DNA of 63,523 bases, the filler included, from Thraustochytrium aureum (lineage: Eukaryota), in NCBI GenBank assembly GCA_012862495.1. It is 5 parts of 3 records of this genome, joined end to end, with 100 filler letters (N's around TTAATTAATTAA, not from the genome) between each part and the next. Parts side by side here need not be neighbours in the genome. Positions count along the whole stretch, not along the records: positions 1 to 20,077 come from BLSG01000131.1; 4 more parts are not named here. One strand, written 5' to 3'. A model generated the notes under the pieces. It had not been told where the DNA came from and searched no databases. It saw only the letters and a program-made list of their open reading frames with translations. The translations under genes and the position numbers were made by a program. Shown in pieces: positions 1 to 11,667 of this stretch (positions within the stretch are counted from its first letter, which is position 1; every line of letters starts with the position of its first letter).

Positions 1-1309
1 CGCCACCCGTCGGGCGGAAGAGCGAGGCGCAGCAAAGCGCGCCGCCCACGGCGACCGCGGCCATCGAGTCCATGGTGTAGCCGAGGCTGACCCCGTCGCC
101 ACAAGCCTCGTCGATCGCCTGGCGGATGAGTGGGACGCGCATCCCGCCCCCAATAAGCTCGCAGGCCGTCAACTTGGCTCGGACCTCCTCTGGGCATCGC
201 TCGAGCACGTCCTTGACGAGCGCGGATACGCGCTCGCGCAGGGGCGCACAGACCTGGTCGAGCGCGTCGCGCGTGAAGACGAACGTGACATCCTCGTCGT
301 TGGCGAGGGACTCGCACGTCACGCTTGCCTCGGGGACGGCGCTCAGCGACTCCTTGAGCTTGCGGACCTGAGTCATGAGCCGGATGCTGCCCTTGGACCC
401 GCGCTGCACCTGGACGCCTTTGCGCTTGTCGCAGTCAGCGCAGAGCGCCTCATAGAGGGCGCGATCGACGGCGCCGCCACCAACGCCCTCCATGCACGCC
501 GACGCCACGCAGGATCCCTTCTTCCCCTGCCCACTCGTAGACAGCCGCGCTGGTGTAGGCATGGCCGACGTCGACGATGAGCACCGCCGACTCGCCCAGG
601 GCCTCGGCGCTTCGCTTGGTGCCGTAGTCCATGGCCGCCGCCTCTGTGCGCGTCACCAGTTGGCGCACGTCGAGCCCGGAGAGCGCCGCAGCATCGCGCA
701 CGGCATCGAGCTGCGGCTGCTCGAACGAGTCTGGGACTATGATGCTAGCGGGATGTCGTTGCCCTCCTCGCGCGCGAAAGAGCCGAGCTTCCCGAGCACC
801 ATGGCGAGCAGCTGCTCGGCGCGCGCCTCCAGCTCGCCCTCGCCGACCTGCGCGCGAAAGACCTTGCCATGCACCTCGTGGTCCTCGAACGAGCCCACGA
901 GCGGGTCGAAGTCCATTTGCTGGCGCTGCTCGGGGGTCCTCGCGGCATAGTCCACGAAGCGCAGCAGGTCCTCTACGCTGCAGTCCTTGTTGGTCGTTTT
1001 CAGCTGGACTGCAACTTCGCCGAACGAGCGGTGCCCGGCCGCGAACGAAATCACCATGGGCGTCTTCTGGTTGCTAAGGTCGTTTCGCAGGATGTCTGAC
1101 TTGAGCGACCTCGTGGACACGCGGGCGACCACGGACGTGTCCGCGCCCAGGTCGATGGCGCCAGCAAACTCAGCGGCCTTCACGCTCGTAGCCGCAGGCG
1201 TTGCGGCTTCCGCTGCGCCATCCACCTCCATAGCGGCCTCTTGAGCCACTTCTGGTGCCACGGGCGCCACCTCGTCGACGGCCAAGCCGCCCTCCATCTC
1301 GCCGCTCAT
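1..1309 (-). CDS. Hsp70-superfamily protein, Hsp110/SSE-like nucleotide-binding domain; 3' end runs off the window; two apparent frameshifts (~740, ~490)
   Basis: Joined frames read GAIDLGADTSVVA...ILRNDLSNQKTPMVISF...RSFGE, then DAAALSGL...AAAMDYG...VLIVDVGHAYT, then GGGAVDRAL...RKLKESLS...ELIGGGMRVP...TMDSMAAVAVGGAL. This is the Hsp70/Hsp110 ATPase motif series. ATG at 1309. Confidence 0.85.
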
Positions 1310-2133
1310 CACCGCCACGTCAGGCGCGTCAACCGCCCACAAGCAGACCAACTCTGCAACGCTCTACCTCGACGCCGCGCTCGTCCTCGGCCAGCGCGTC
1401 CTGTCTGAAACAGGCGTCCTCCTCGGCTGCGAGTGGAGTTGTATGAAGGTTGCCGGCGTTGACTTGANNNNNNNNNNNNNNNNNNNNNNNNNNNNNNNNN
1501 NNNNNNNNNNNNNNNNNNNNNNNNNNNNNNNNNNNNNNNNNNNNNNNNNNNNNNNNNNNNNNNNNNNNNNNNNNNNNNNNNNNNNNNNNNNNNNNNNNNN
1601 NNNNNNNNNNNNNNNNNNNNNNNNNNNNNNNNNNNNNNNNNNNNNNNNNNNNNNNNNNNNNNNNNNNNNNNNNNNNNNNNNNNNNNNNNNAGCTCCAACC
1701 GCAGCCCCGCGTTCGGGGTCTGCTCGAAGACCTCTTGCAGGCAGGCAGTCTGCAGGTTGGATGGCTTGGGGCTGCCCAATCGCTCAATCAACAGTCTTCT
1801 GGAAGTCTCGAATTCGTGCGGCGGACGCGAGCCCCAGGCGTACACCGAGGCAAAACCAGCCCGGGACGGTTGATAAATCAGAAAGAAAGGTGCCCTTGTT
1901 CTCCTCCTTATTTGCAGTAAGGTACATGTAATCCACCTTACCTTTAAGGACTCCGATGTGGCGACGACGTCCGAACCGAGTCGAGCAGAAGGCAGTCGAG
2001 CATCAAGCGCCTGCGCGGGCTGAGGGCGTGCGGGGAGCGGCGGGCGTGTTGGTGCCTACGCGATTGGTTGTGCTGTTGGTTCGCTGGTTTGTTGTCCGGC
2101 TTTGGGCGCTGCTCGTTGGGATCGCTCGCCGTG

Positions 2134-4710
2134 ATGGGGCCGGACGAGCGGATTGACGCACGGCGGACACCGAGCCCTCCGGCCACTGCTGGGTCGCAGG
2201 CGGCCGTCGAAGTGACTGCCGGACACGCGAGGTCGGCGGGGGGAAGTGAGGGGGAGACCAGGTCTGTGGCGCAGGAGGACGGGTACCCGTTCGATCTGGG
2301 AAGCTATGAACGGGCAGACGTCAAATCCAGGGACCCTGCCGCACGCTTTGGTTTCAGCGCGGCCTCAAGTGGATGTTTGCGTTCCACCACGAAGAAGCAA
2401 TCAGGTGCTTTGAGCGCTCGCTCGAAGTGGAGCACGACTTTGCCATGGCATACGTAAGTCCTCGGCAGCCGCCGTCTAGACCGTTTTGCTGCCGATCCTT
2501 TGCAACCATGTCGACGCTGACGCGATACTGCCGAGGTCTGGACTTGCTCGTTCGTCTGACCACAGTGGGGGATCAGCCACTGCCATTCCCCCAACTACAA
2601 CGTCCACCAGCGGAACGGGTACTATCAGTTGAGCGACCGCGAGGACGGATTCCCGTCGCAGAAGACCGCCTTTGACGCGATCCAGATGGCGCTGCGGTTT
2701 AAGCACCACGCCAACGAGGCTGGTCGTGCCCTGATCGAAGCGCAGCGTATCCGCTGCTTTTGGCCGACCAACGACTTTTGCCATCTGCTACTGCAGCCGT
2801 ACTGTGACGCCCTGCGCCTCATTCACGTCTCGTACCCCAACGACGAAGACGTGGCCTGCCTGTTTGTGGAGTCGCTCATCCAACTGACACCGTGGCAGCT
2901 TTTTGAAGCCGGCTCTGGGCGCCCCGCCCCACAAGTGGAGGAGACTGTCAAGGTTCTCGAGGCGGCCTTGCGAAAGGCGCCGTGCCACCCTGGGCTTTGC
3001 CACTTGGCGGTGCACCTGTTGGAAATGTCCCCCCACACCAAAGGCTGCGATGCCGCAGGCCGATGTGCTGCGCAACAACCTCGTCCCAGACGCCGGCCAT
3101 CTGTTGCACATGCCGGCGCACCTGGACGTTCGTGAGTGAAAAAGTTGCTCCTGCTTGCGCACGCAACCAGCATGCCCCAGGTGCTGACAGCTTGGTGCGC
3201 AGAGGTCGGCGCTTACGCTGCAGCAATCAAAACGAGCGAGAACGCCATCCGGGCCAACAAAAAGTACATCGACTACGCCGACAAGTTGGGCGAGGTAAGT
3301 GGGGCCGCGCGTTGCCTCGCTCCTGCGGGCGTTGCGATGTTCGCGCGCGAATTGCACAGCTGACGCGGCANNNNNNNNNNNNNNNNNNNNNNNNNNNNNN
3401 NNNNNNNNNNNNNNNNNNNNNNNNNNNNNNNNNNNNNNNNNNNNNNNNNNNNNNNNNNNNNNNNNNNNNNNNNNNNNNNNNNNNNNNNNNNNNNNNNNNN
3501 NNNNNNNNNNNNNNNNNNNNNNNNNNNNNNNNNNNNNNNNNNNNNNNNNNNNNNNNNNNNNNNNNNNNNNNNNNNNNNNNNNNNNNNNNNNNNNNNNNNN
3601 NNNNNNNNNNNNNNNNNNNNNNNNNNNNNNNNNNNNNNNNNNNNNNNNNNNNNNNNNNNNNNNNNNNNNNNNNNNNNNNNNNNNNNNNNNNTGCTGCCAC
3701 CTGCTGCCACCTGCTGCCACCTGCTGCCACCTGCACAGGAGTACAAACTGTACATTGGGTACATCAGCCACGACTACCACATGCTCTGCTACGCTGCGAT
3801 CCTTGGAGGGGTGGAGGGCAAAGCTATCCAGTGCGCCTCAGAGCTCATGCAGCTCGTGCAAAAGTGGGTGCGCAGGTACCCCTCGCGAGCAATCGACCTC
3901 GATCTATACCATTCAACGCTGTTTCATGTGCTGATTCGCTTTGGCAAGTGGCAAGAGATCTTGAAGCACCCGTTTTTCGAAGACGAAGAAAACTATTGTG
4001 CCTCAAACGCGGTCCTCCACTATGCCCGCGGTATCACCTTCGCCGCGCTCGGACAGATCGACAAGGCCAAGAACGAGCAGGTTGCCTTTGAAAGGGCAAG
4101 GTCGCAGGAGAAGGTTTTCCGCAGAATCCTTCACAACAACAACGGGACAGAGTTATTCGCAGTGAGCTCCGAGATGCTTCGGGGTGAGATCCTCTACCGC
4201 GAAGGGCACTTTGACCGAGCCTTCAAGCACCTCCGCGCCGCAGTCGAACTTGAGGACAAGCTGCCGTACGACGAGCCTTGGGGTCAGATGCAACCTGTAA
4301 GTTGGCCCTGCTCGCACAGTTGTTGAGCAGACCGTTTGCGTGCGGTGCTCGGCCGCGACGGTTCGCTTGCGGGTCTAGGTCGCGACCGTGCACTCGCTAT
4401 CGCATTCGCTATCGCATTCGCTAACACCGCACTGCCGCTGCCGCAGATTCGCCACGCCCTTGGCGCCCTATTGCTGGAGCGAAAACGCGTCGCCGAGGCG
4501 AAGGAGGTTTACGAAGCCGACCTGCGGCGCTACCCCGACAACCCGTGGGCCTTGACCGGGTTGTACAACTGCTTGAAGGAGGAAGGGTCCGCGACGCCCC
4601 AGGAGCTCGCGCGGGTCAAAGCGTCGCTGGACAAGGCTATGGAACACTCGGACTGCAAGATTTCTGTCAGCTGCGCCTGTGCGGGCCTCAGTGTTCTTTC
4701 AAACGTGTGA
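2134..4710 (+). CDS. TPR-like repeat protein of the family with YPFDLG/HEEA/GHLxHMPxH motifs found in bacteria and fungi; multi-exon
   Basis: Motifs YPFDLGSY, FAFHHEEAIRCFE, AMAY|WGI...PNYN, HPGLCHLAVHLLEMS, GHLLHMPAHL, YDEPWGQMQP|IRHALGALLLE, YEADL...PDNPWAL. GT-AG introns at 2454-2565, 3132-3202, 3295-3738 and 4297-4446 restore the frame. Small frameshifts near 2350 and 3040. Confidence 0.8.
3692..3734 (+). repeat. 10-bp tandem repeat (CTGCTGCCAC)n in an intron, abutting an N gap
   Basis: About 4 copies are visible immediately after gap 3371-3691, and the array probably continues into the gap. Confidence 0.85.
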
Positions 4711-4798
4711 GCAAAGGCATTTGTTTTGACCTCTTGGCTCCACTCCTTGCGTGCCCAGCTCTGCCCCGGCCATTTTTCGCACAGAGCCACGCGCTTCC

Positions 4799-6426
4799 TC
4801 AAGCGCTTGCGGCAAGCGGCACTTGGCCAGCCTTCTGCTTGGCTGCCGCGAGCCCATCTTCCAGGAGAGCCCGCCGCAGGAACGTGCCTACCAAGCTCGA
4901 GAACCGCAACACCGTCTTCTCGGAGACGTAGGAACTGGGGCGCAAACGTTCCAGGTGAGCTTGCCGCAGACCGTGCCGAGAGTGACGGTCGGCATCGGGT
5001 ACTGGTTGTTGTTTTGGAACCCCTGCAGCGAAACGCCGCGCCACGGGCCGATGCTGGTTGAAAAAGGGATCACGCCTGCGTTGGAGATCACGACCGTGTT
5101 CAGAAGGTCGAAGTTGACAAACTTGGAGCGCCAATACATGGCCAGGAAGGTCGCCACAGCAAAGGGGCCGCCGCCGCGGATGCCGGCGCGCAGGTGCTGG
5201 CCCAGGTTCGCCGCCAGCGCCCACAGCGTCTCGCTGTCAGCCGGGCTTGCGTCAACTATGTCCCCAGGGTGGTCGAATGTGGGAAGCGCAGAAGCGTGAA
5301 ACGAAAGCTCGGCGGGCGAGACTGCCACCTTGTACATGGGGCGCAAGTTGCAAACCACAGAGCACGAGACGCGCTCGCAGGCCCTGCGTTTGCTCACCTT
5401 GGCCTCTGCGCAAACAACGCGCGCAGCTTCGGCGACGCACGCGGCCGCGAACGTGCCGACCGTGGACCCCCTCAACCGGATCAGGCGAAGGAGCGCGTCG
5501 GTCTCCGCCTCGTCAAGCGAGCCGCCAGCGTTGCGGCACTTGCAAAGAGTCATGATCGTCTCTGGAGTGATGCTCCGGTCGTATGGAAAGTCCACGAAGC
5601 CCTTGCCGCGGCGGAGGAGCATGACCAAGTAGCTCGCCTGCAGCCACAGCCGAACCAGAGCGCCAAGCCAATACTGGGCCAACGTCTCTTTCAAGGCAAC
5701 CTCGTAGGTGCGCGGCCACGGCATTGTTGGCCCAAGCTGCGCCTCGCCGTGCGCCATCACTTGGCAAAACTCGTCCACGAGGAGCGTGGCGGAAATCCCA
5801 TCTGAAAACGCATGGTTGAAAACGAGCATGACATGCGAGGACATCGTATCGCCCTCGCCGAGCGCGACATCGCGATCCTCGTAGATCACAAACACACTGC
5901 AAAGCACGGCGGCTTGCCCGAGGCGCAGCCCGGTTGCCCCGTGCGACTCCCAGACGTGTTCGCACGACTCCCCCCGAAACGTGCGGACGTCGACAAGCGC
6001 TTGCGCGCTCTCCTCCAACACCACATGAGCGGGCCGCACCACGCCAAGCATACCGCGTCGTTCTGGGACAAGTTCTCGAAGCACGCAGCGAAGAATTGGA
6101 TGACGCTTCCGCAAAAGGCGAATGGTTTCGAGGACGCGCTCCTCCTCGACCCGGGGGCCTTCAAGCGCAACGACCATCGCGAATTTCAGCGTGCCGGACA
6201 GTCGCGCAACTCTGACGATACCGTTTTCTAGAGCTGAGAGCTCAAACTGGCGGCCGGGCCGCTCCGTCGAGCTCTCCAAGTGCCTGGACGAGGAAGCGAC
6301 ACGGGGCGCGTTTTCACGTCGCGCAATCAAGCCCTGCGGCAGGACCAGCGCAGCCATCCACGCGATGAGCGCAAGCACACCGCCTTTGAGTGCGTCTGCA
6401 GCTTCGACCATCTCCATGATGGCCAT
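4799..6426 (-). CDS. CoA-dependent acyltransferase (condensation/AATase/PapA5-like, HxxxD) with N-terminal hydrophobic segment
   Basis: LRKRHPILR, FNHAFSDGISA (HxxxDG), VCNLRP, VISNAGV, PTVTLGTVCGKL. A frameshift near 4930 links to the C-terminus YVSEKTVLRFSSLV...ASA* ending at 4799. Confidence 0.75.
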
Positions 6427-7330
6427 CGCGAGCGAGCGAGCGAGCGGCGTTCCTGGCAGCTGGTGGCGCTGTTTACCTTTCTTGACAAGAGTCGAGTATC
6501 TTGAGGGGCTCGCGTCGTCCCCACGCCGCGCGCGAAAGCCGCCACTCGCTAATCCGGCAGGCAGCTGCCTCCCACCCACTCTCGCACCGACGTCGTGCGC
6601 GCGAATGCTGCGTGCGCTGCGAATACGCTTCCTCGGCCAGCGGCTGCGCGCGACGCGTAATTGTGGGATTGCGACTCGTGGCTGTCCCAAACCCGAAAGC
6701 AAGCCCAAAGGACCATCCACTCTCTGGTACCGCGTGCCGCCCTAGCGCAAGCCAACTGGCCACCAACTGTTCGCACGCCAGACAGCTGGTACGAGGCAGA
6801 AGCGGATCGCCGCGTCGGCTGGGACTCGCGGCAAGGGCAAGCTCCCGGCAGAGCATTCCGTGCGAAATCCCTCCACCGACGCCTGCGCTCGATGAAGGCC
6901 GGCCGGCGCGAGGCGTTCACCATTGCGACGAATAAGTGATGCGAGCCTAGTCGCGGGCGGCCGCCAGCGCTGGAGCGACTCGCGGTGGCGCCCAGGTCGC
7001 GCTTTGACCGTCGCGCGCCCCAAAACGCAGCAAACTGCGCGCACCCTCCTGGCCCGCGCTCGNNNNNNNNNNNNNNNNNNNNNNNNNNNNNNNNNNNNNN
7101 NNNNNNNNNNNNNNNNNNNNNNNNNNNNNNNNNNNNNNNNNNNNNNNNNNNNNNNNNNNNNNNNNNNNNNNNNNNNNNNNNNNNNNNNNNNNNNNNNNNN
7201 NNNNNNNNNNNNNNNNNNNNNNNNNNNNNNNNNNNNNNNNNNNNNNNNNNNNNNNNNNNNNNNNNNNNNNNNNNNNNNNNNNNNNNNNNNNNNNNNNNNN
7301 NNNNNNNNNNNNNNNNNNNNNNNNNNNNNN

Positions 7331-10300
7331 CGCAGGCGGTGTGCTACGCTCAGCAGTGCAGGGCTGCCAGGGACGTGCCGGCGTCGCACGGCGCCGTGCA
7401 AGCGTTCAGGTGCGCTTGGCGGCCGCGAGGTTCAACGAGGGGTTGCATGAGGAGGGAATCGTGTTGCTTGCTGAAGCTGGTGTCTTGGAGCTTCCCGCGA
7501 GCGCGCCGGACTGGTGCCCCGTGGCGCTCGCGAATGTGCTGGCGCGTGGGGCCTCGCTCGGCCTCGACCCTCGGCAAGTGGGACTCTTCGTGGGCTCGTC
7601 TGCGGCAATGCTGCCGATTCTGAGCGCCTTGGTCCGCCAGCTCGACCTCCGCGATCGGCCTCTTGACAGGGCCCTGCGCGATCTAGTGCAGGTTGTGTTG
7701 ATCCCCTCAGCCAACTGGTCGCGAGGAGCGGGTACGAGCGCCCATGAGGCGGGGGGGGAGCGATCACCGCCATGGTCGCCCTCGTGGTCGTCCTCGGCGT
7801 CAACGGCCTCTGGTAGCAGCAGTCGCACCTCGCGGCCTGCGCGGCGGCGGCGTCTGTCGAGCGCTCTGTCACGAGCAACCGCGCAGGTATTTCGGGCCCG
7901 CGGGACTAGCTCGGCTGGTTCCGAGTCGCGCTCGGAGTGGGCGTCTGCAGACGAGGACCTGGACAAGCCCTTTGGCGCGTCTCTTGACCCGGAAGTCGTG
8001 CTTGAGCCCCAAGCCGGCGAGTTTGACGCCAGGCGCATCGCGCTGCGTCTCTTTGCGCAGCACTACTGGTCGCTAAACGAGGACGTCGTAGCACAAACCT
8101 TTGGTTCGGCAGAAGTCGTTTTCGCGGTGGCCTTGCAGCTCATGGCCGTAGGCGCTGGTGCGGATCGCGCCCAGAAGAAGGGGCGCAAGACGCTAGGGCT
8201 TCGACTGGTGCCCAAAAAACGTGGATGGAGGCCAGCCGTGCCCAGCAACGAGTGGCCGCGGTTTAGGCAGACTTGCCAGGACGTTGCTTTCTCGCTCGCA
8301 GGGCGCCCGCTCTCGGACGCGCTGCTGCTGTCCATGTTTGGTCGCGTCCAGGGCGACCCACTCGTGCCTTCGGATGAGGCGGTGGGGCGCAGCTGGACGG
8401 CACCAGAGGCCTCCCTCGGCACGGCGATGCAAAGCGATGACCCCATCTTCGCTGACGCCGCTTATGAGGGCTACTTGTGGATCCAAAATGCTGCAAGTGC
8501 CACTCGCTCTCCGCGCTCTGGGGCTCGCCCGGGGTCGCCCCGCGTGCCGCCATGGGTCGAGCAGCGGCTCTGGTTCGTTTTGCAAGACTCGGTGCTGTAC
8601 GGCTTTGTCGGCGAGGAGTACCCGCAGCGCGGTTCGCTGGCGTGCGTCATCCCGCTCGACGGCGCGCAGCCCCTCCTGAGGCTTTTCTCGGTGCAGCTAG
8701 TTGGCATCGTAAACGTCGCGCCAGCGCTGGGCGGCGGCTGCGCTGACGGGGTCGCGGCCAAGCCGGGCGCTCTCCGCCTCCCTCGCGCCTTGGCCCAGAT
8801 TTCAGCAAAGTCTCGCCGAAGCGCGAATGCCACGCGCTGCTTTCGTTTCAAGATGNNNNNNNNNNNNNNNNNNNNNNNNNNNNNNNNNNNNNNNNNNNNN
8901 NNNNNNNNNNNNNNNNNNNNNNNNNNNNNNNNNNNNNNNNNNNNNNNNNNNNNNNNNNNNNNNNNNNNNNNNNNNNNNNNNNNNNNNNNNNNNNNNNNNN
9001 NNNNNNNNNNNNNNNNNNNNNNNNNNNNNNNNNNNNNNNNNNNNNNNNNNNNNNNNNNNNNNNNNNNNNNNNNNNNNNNNNNNNNNNNNNNNNNNNNNNN
9101 NNNNNNNNNNNNNNNNNNNNNNNNNNNNNNNNNNNNNNNNNNNNNNNNNNNNNNNNNNNNNNNNNNNNNNNNNNNNNNNNNNNNNNNNNNNNNNNNNNNN
9201 NNNNNNNNNNNNNNNNNNNNNNNNNNNNNNNNNNGTGGGGCAACCGCGTCGTTTGCAAAAGCCATTGCGCACCGCAAGCACCGCCGAAAGCCGGTCGGCA
9301 AGGGAGAGCAGTTCGCTTCGCGGAAAGATGCCGATGACGAACAAGAGCAAGAGCTGCTGCACGAGCTCCTCGAGGAAGAAACGGATCATGTCGTGCAAGG
9401 CACGCTGCTCGTTCAGATCGGTGTCGGCGCGGTCTCATCGCAGCACGGTGGCCCCGGGGCCGACCAGCGACCCTCGAAGAGGTTCGAGCCGCGATACTGC
9501 GCCCTCGTCGGCCGCAAGCTCATTGTTACTACAGACAAGAAGGCCGTCAGCAAAGGCACAATCGTGGACCTCACCAACCTGAGGATCGCGATCCCAGCCA
9601 CGCACCAATCCGCCATGCGCAAGGGCGCCTTCCCTTTCGAGTTGATTGACAAAGACCTCGCAACGCTCTGCGTCTGCGCAGCCACGACGCTCAAAGAGTA
9701 CGCTGTTTGGTTCAACGCGGTCAGCGCACTTGCGGGGACGGCCGTCCCCCGCCGCTCGACAGCCCAAGGGACAGCGAGGCGGCAGACAACCGCTCGCGCA
9801 TGGACTCTGACGAGAGCAATTATGCAGCTGGCGCGGCGCGAGATAGGAGCTCGAGCTCGACACATGCCTTCGCAGAGACAGCGCTTGACGGCGATCCTGG
9901 CGAAGAGCTACCTGCACAAGAGGAGGCTCAAGAGAGCGCCGAAATGGCGAAAGCAGAGCTCGGGCCAGCCCCGATTGCGCAACTGCCTGCGAGGACAACA
10001 GTCTCGCAAGACGAGGGCAGTGGCGCTTTCAAAACCGGCACTCTCTTCTGGCATGGTCAACGTGAAGCGTCTCAAGACGTAAACCAGGGTCAAGTCGACG
10101 CACTTCTGCGGGCTGCCAGCCCCGAGCTCACGATGCAGGAGCTTTCCCCCCCGCAGTCCCGCGAGCGTGCAAGCGTCTTGCCTCCACCACTCAGTTTAGA
10201 GTCTGCCTCTCCAGACTCGGGCGCTGGCCATGACCTCAGGAGGGACCTCAACCCTTGGGACGGGTTTGCCCGGGACCGGGCTCGGCGGTCCCCTGCCACA

Positions 10301-10810
10301 GGATGGACTACATCGTCGATGAGCACTGTGTCACAGCCGGCATTTGCTGATGCCGTGGGCTTTACGCCGGGAAGCGATGGATCGCCCTACTTACGCGCGC
10401 CAAGCGCTGCAAGCTCGGTTGGAAGCGCATCAGGCTCGGGTACCTACACGTCCCGGCGACCCAGGGACCGCCCGCCCACTGGTCCAGGGTTTTCATCACC
10501 GTTCTACCTGCCTCCACAGCCTGGCCAAAGCCTTGCGCAGGCCCTTTCTAGTGCTGACCGGGCACCGGACCGCTCGCCCTCGACCCTCCCCAGCGTTTAT
10601 TCGCAATTGGGTCGAGCGCCATCGCCTGCGACTACGCCGTCGCTATCGCAGAGCGCTGTTCCAGGCCGGCCCATATCCTCCGGGAACTCGTCATCCTCTT
10701 ACCTATTATCGGAGTTCCAGGCGAGGATGTCCTCGACGGACCCACATCGCCCCGCCCCGCCCCCGCCCAGCTCTCCAGCCGTCCCGCCACCGGCACTGCC
10801 TCCGAACTGA
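7331..10810 (+). CDS. Divergent Sec7-domain + two PH-domain protein (cytohesin-like ARF-GEF architecture) with Ser/Pro-rich tail; 5' end in gap
   Basis: Sec7-like FNEG...GIVLL...LDPRQVGLFVG...PLDRALRDLV...FAQHYWSLN...FGSAEVVFAVAL. PH1 YEGYLWIQ...RLWFVLQDSVLYGF...VIPLDG. PH2 QGTLLVQ...FEPRYCAL...FPFELI...EYAVWFNAV. Gap at 8856-9234; frameshift ~9750 into the 9707-10810 frame. Confidence 0.65.
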
Positions 10811-11667
10811 TTGATGCAGCATGTTCTACCGTCGTAAGCCATCAGGGCAAAGTTTTCTGAATGATTCTTCGCAAGAAANNNNNNNNNNNNNNNNNNNNNN
10901 NNNNNNNNNNNNNNNNNNNNNNNNNNNNNNNNNNNNNNNNNNNNNNNNNNNNNNNNNNNNNNNNNNNNNNNNNNNNNNNNNNNNNNNNNNNNNNNNNNNN
11001 NNNNNNNNNNNNNNNNNNNNNNNNNNNNNNNNNNNNNNNNNNNNNNNNNNNNNNNNNNNNNNNNNNNNNNNNNNNNNNNNNNNNNNNNNNNNNNNNNNNN
11101 NNNNNNNNNNNNNNNNNNNNNNNNNNNNNNNNNNNNNNNNNNNNNNNNNNNNNNNNNNNNNNNNNNNNNNNNNNNNNNNNNNNNNNNNNNNNNNNNNNNN
11201 NNNNNNNNNNNNNNNNNNNNNNNNNNNNNNNNNNNNNNNNNNNNNNNNNNNNNNNNNNNNNNNNNNNNNNNNNNNNNNNNNNNNNNNNNNNNNNNNNNNN
11301 NNNNNNNNNNNNNNNNNNNNNNNNNNNNNNNNNNNNNNNNNNNNNNNNNNNNNNNNNNNNNNNNNNNNNNNNNNNNNNNNNNNNNNNNNNNNNNNNNNNN
11401 NNNNNNNNNNNNNNNNNNNNNNNNNNNNNNNNNNNNNNNNNNNNNNNNNNNNNNNNNNNNNNNNNNNNNNNNNNNNNNNNNNNNNNNNNNNNNNNNNNNN
11501 NNNNNNNNNNNNNNNNNNNNNNNNNNNNNNNNNNNNNNNNNNNNNNNNNNNNNNNNNNNNNNNNNNNNNNNNNNNNNNNNNNNNNNNNNNNNNNNNNNNN
11601 NNNNNNNNNNNNNNNNNNNNNNNNNNNNNNNNNNNNNNNNNNNNNNNNNNNNNNNNNNNNNNNNNNA

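Noticed and set aside
1329..1845. ORFs spanning the 1468-1690 gap upstream of the Hsp110-like gene
   Set aside because: They are mostly N, have no recognisable motif, and are probably UTR or promoter sequence.
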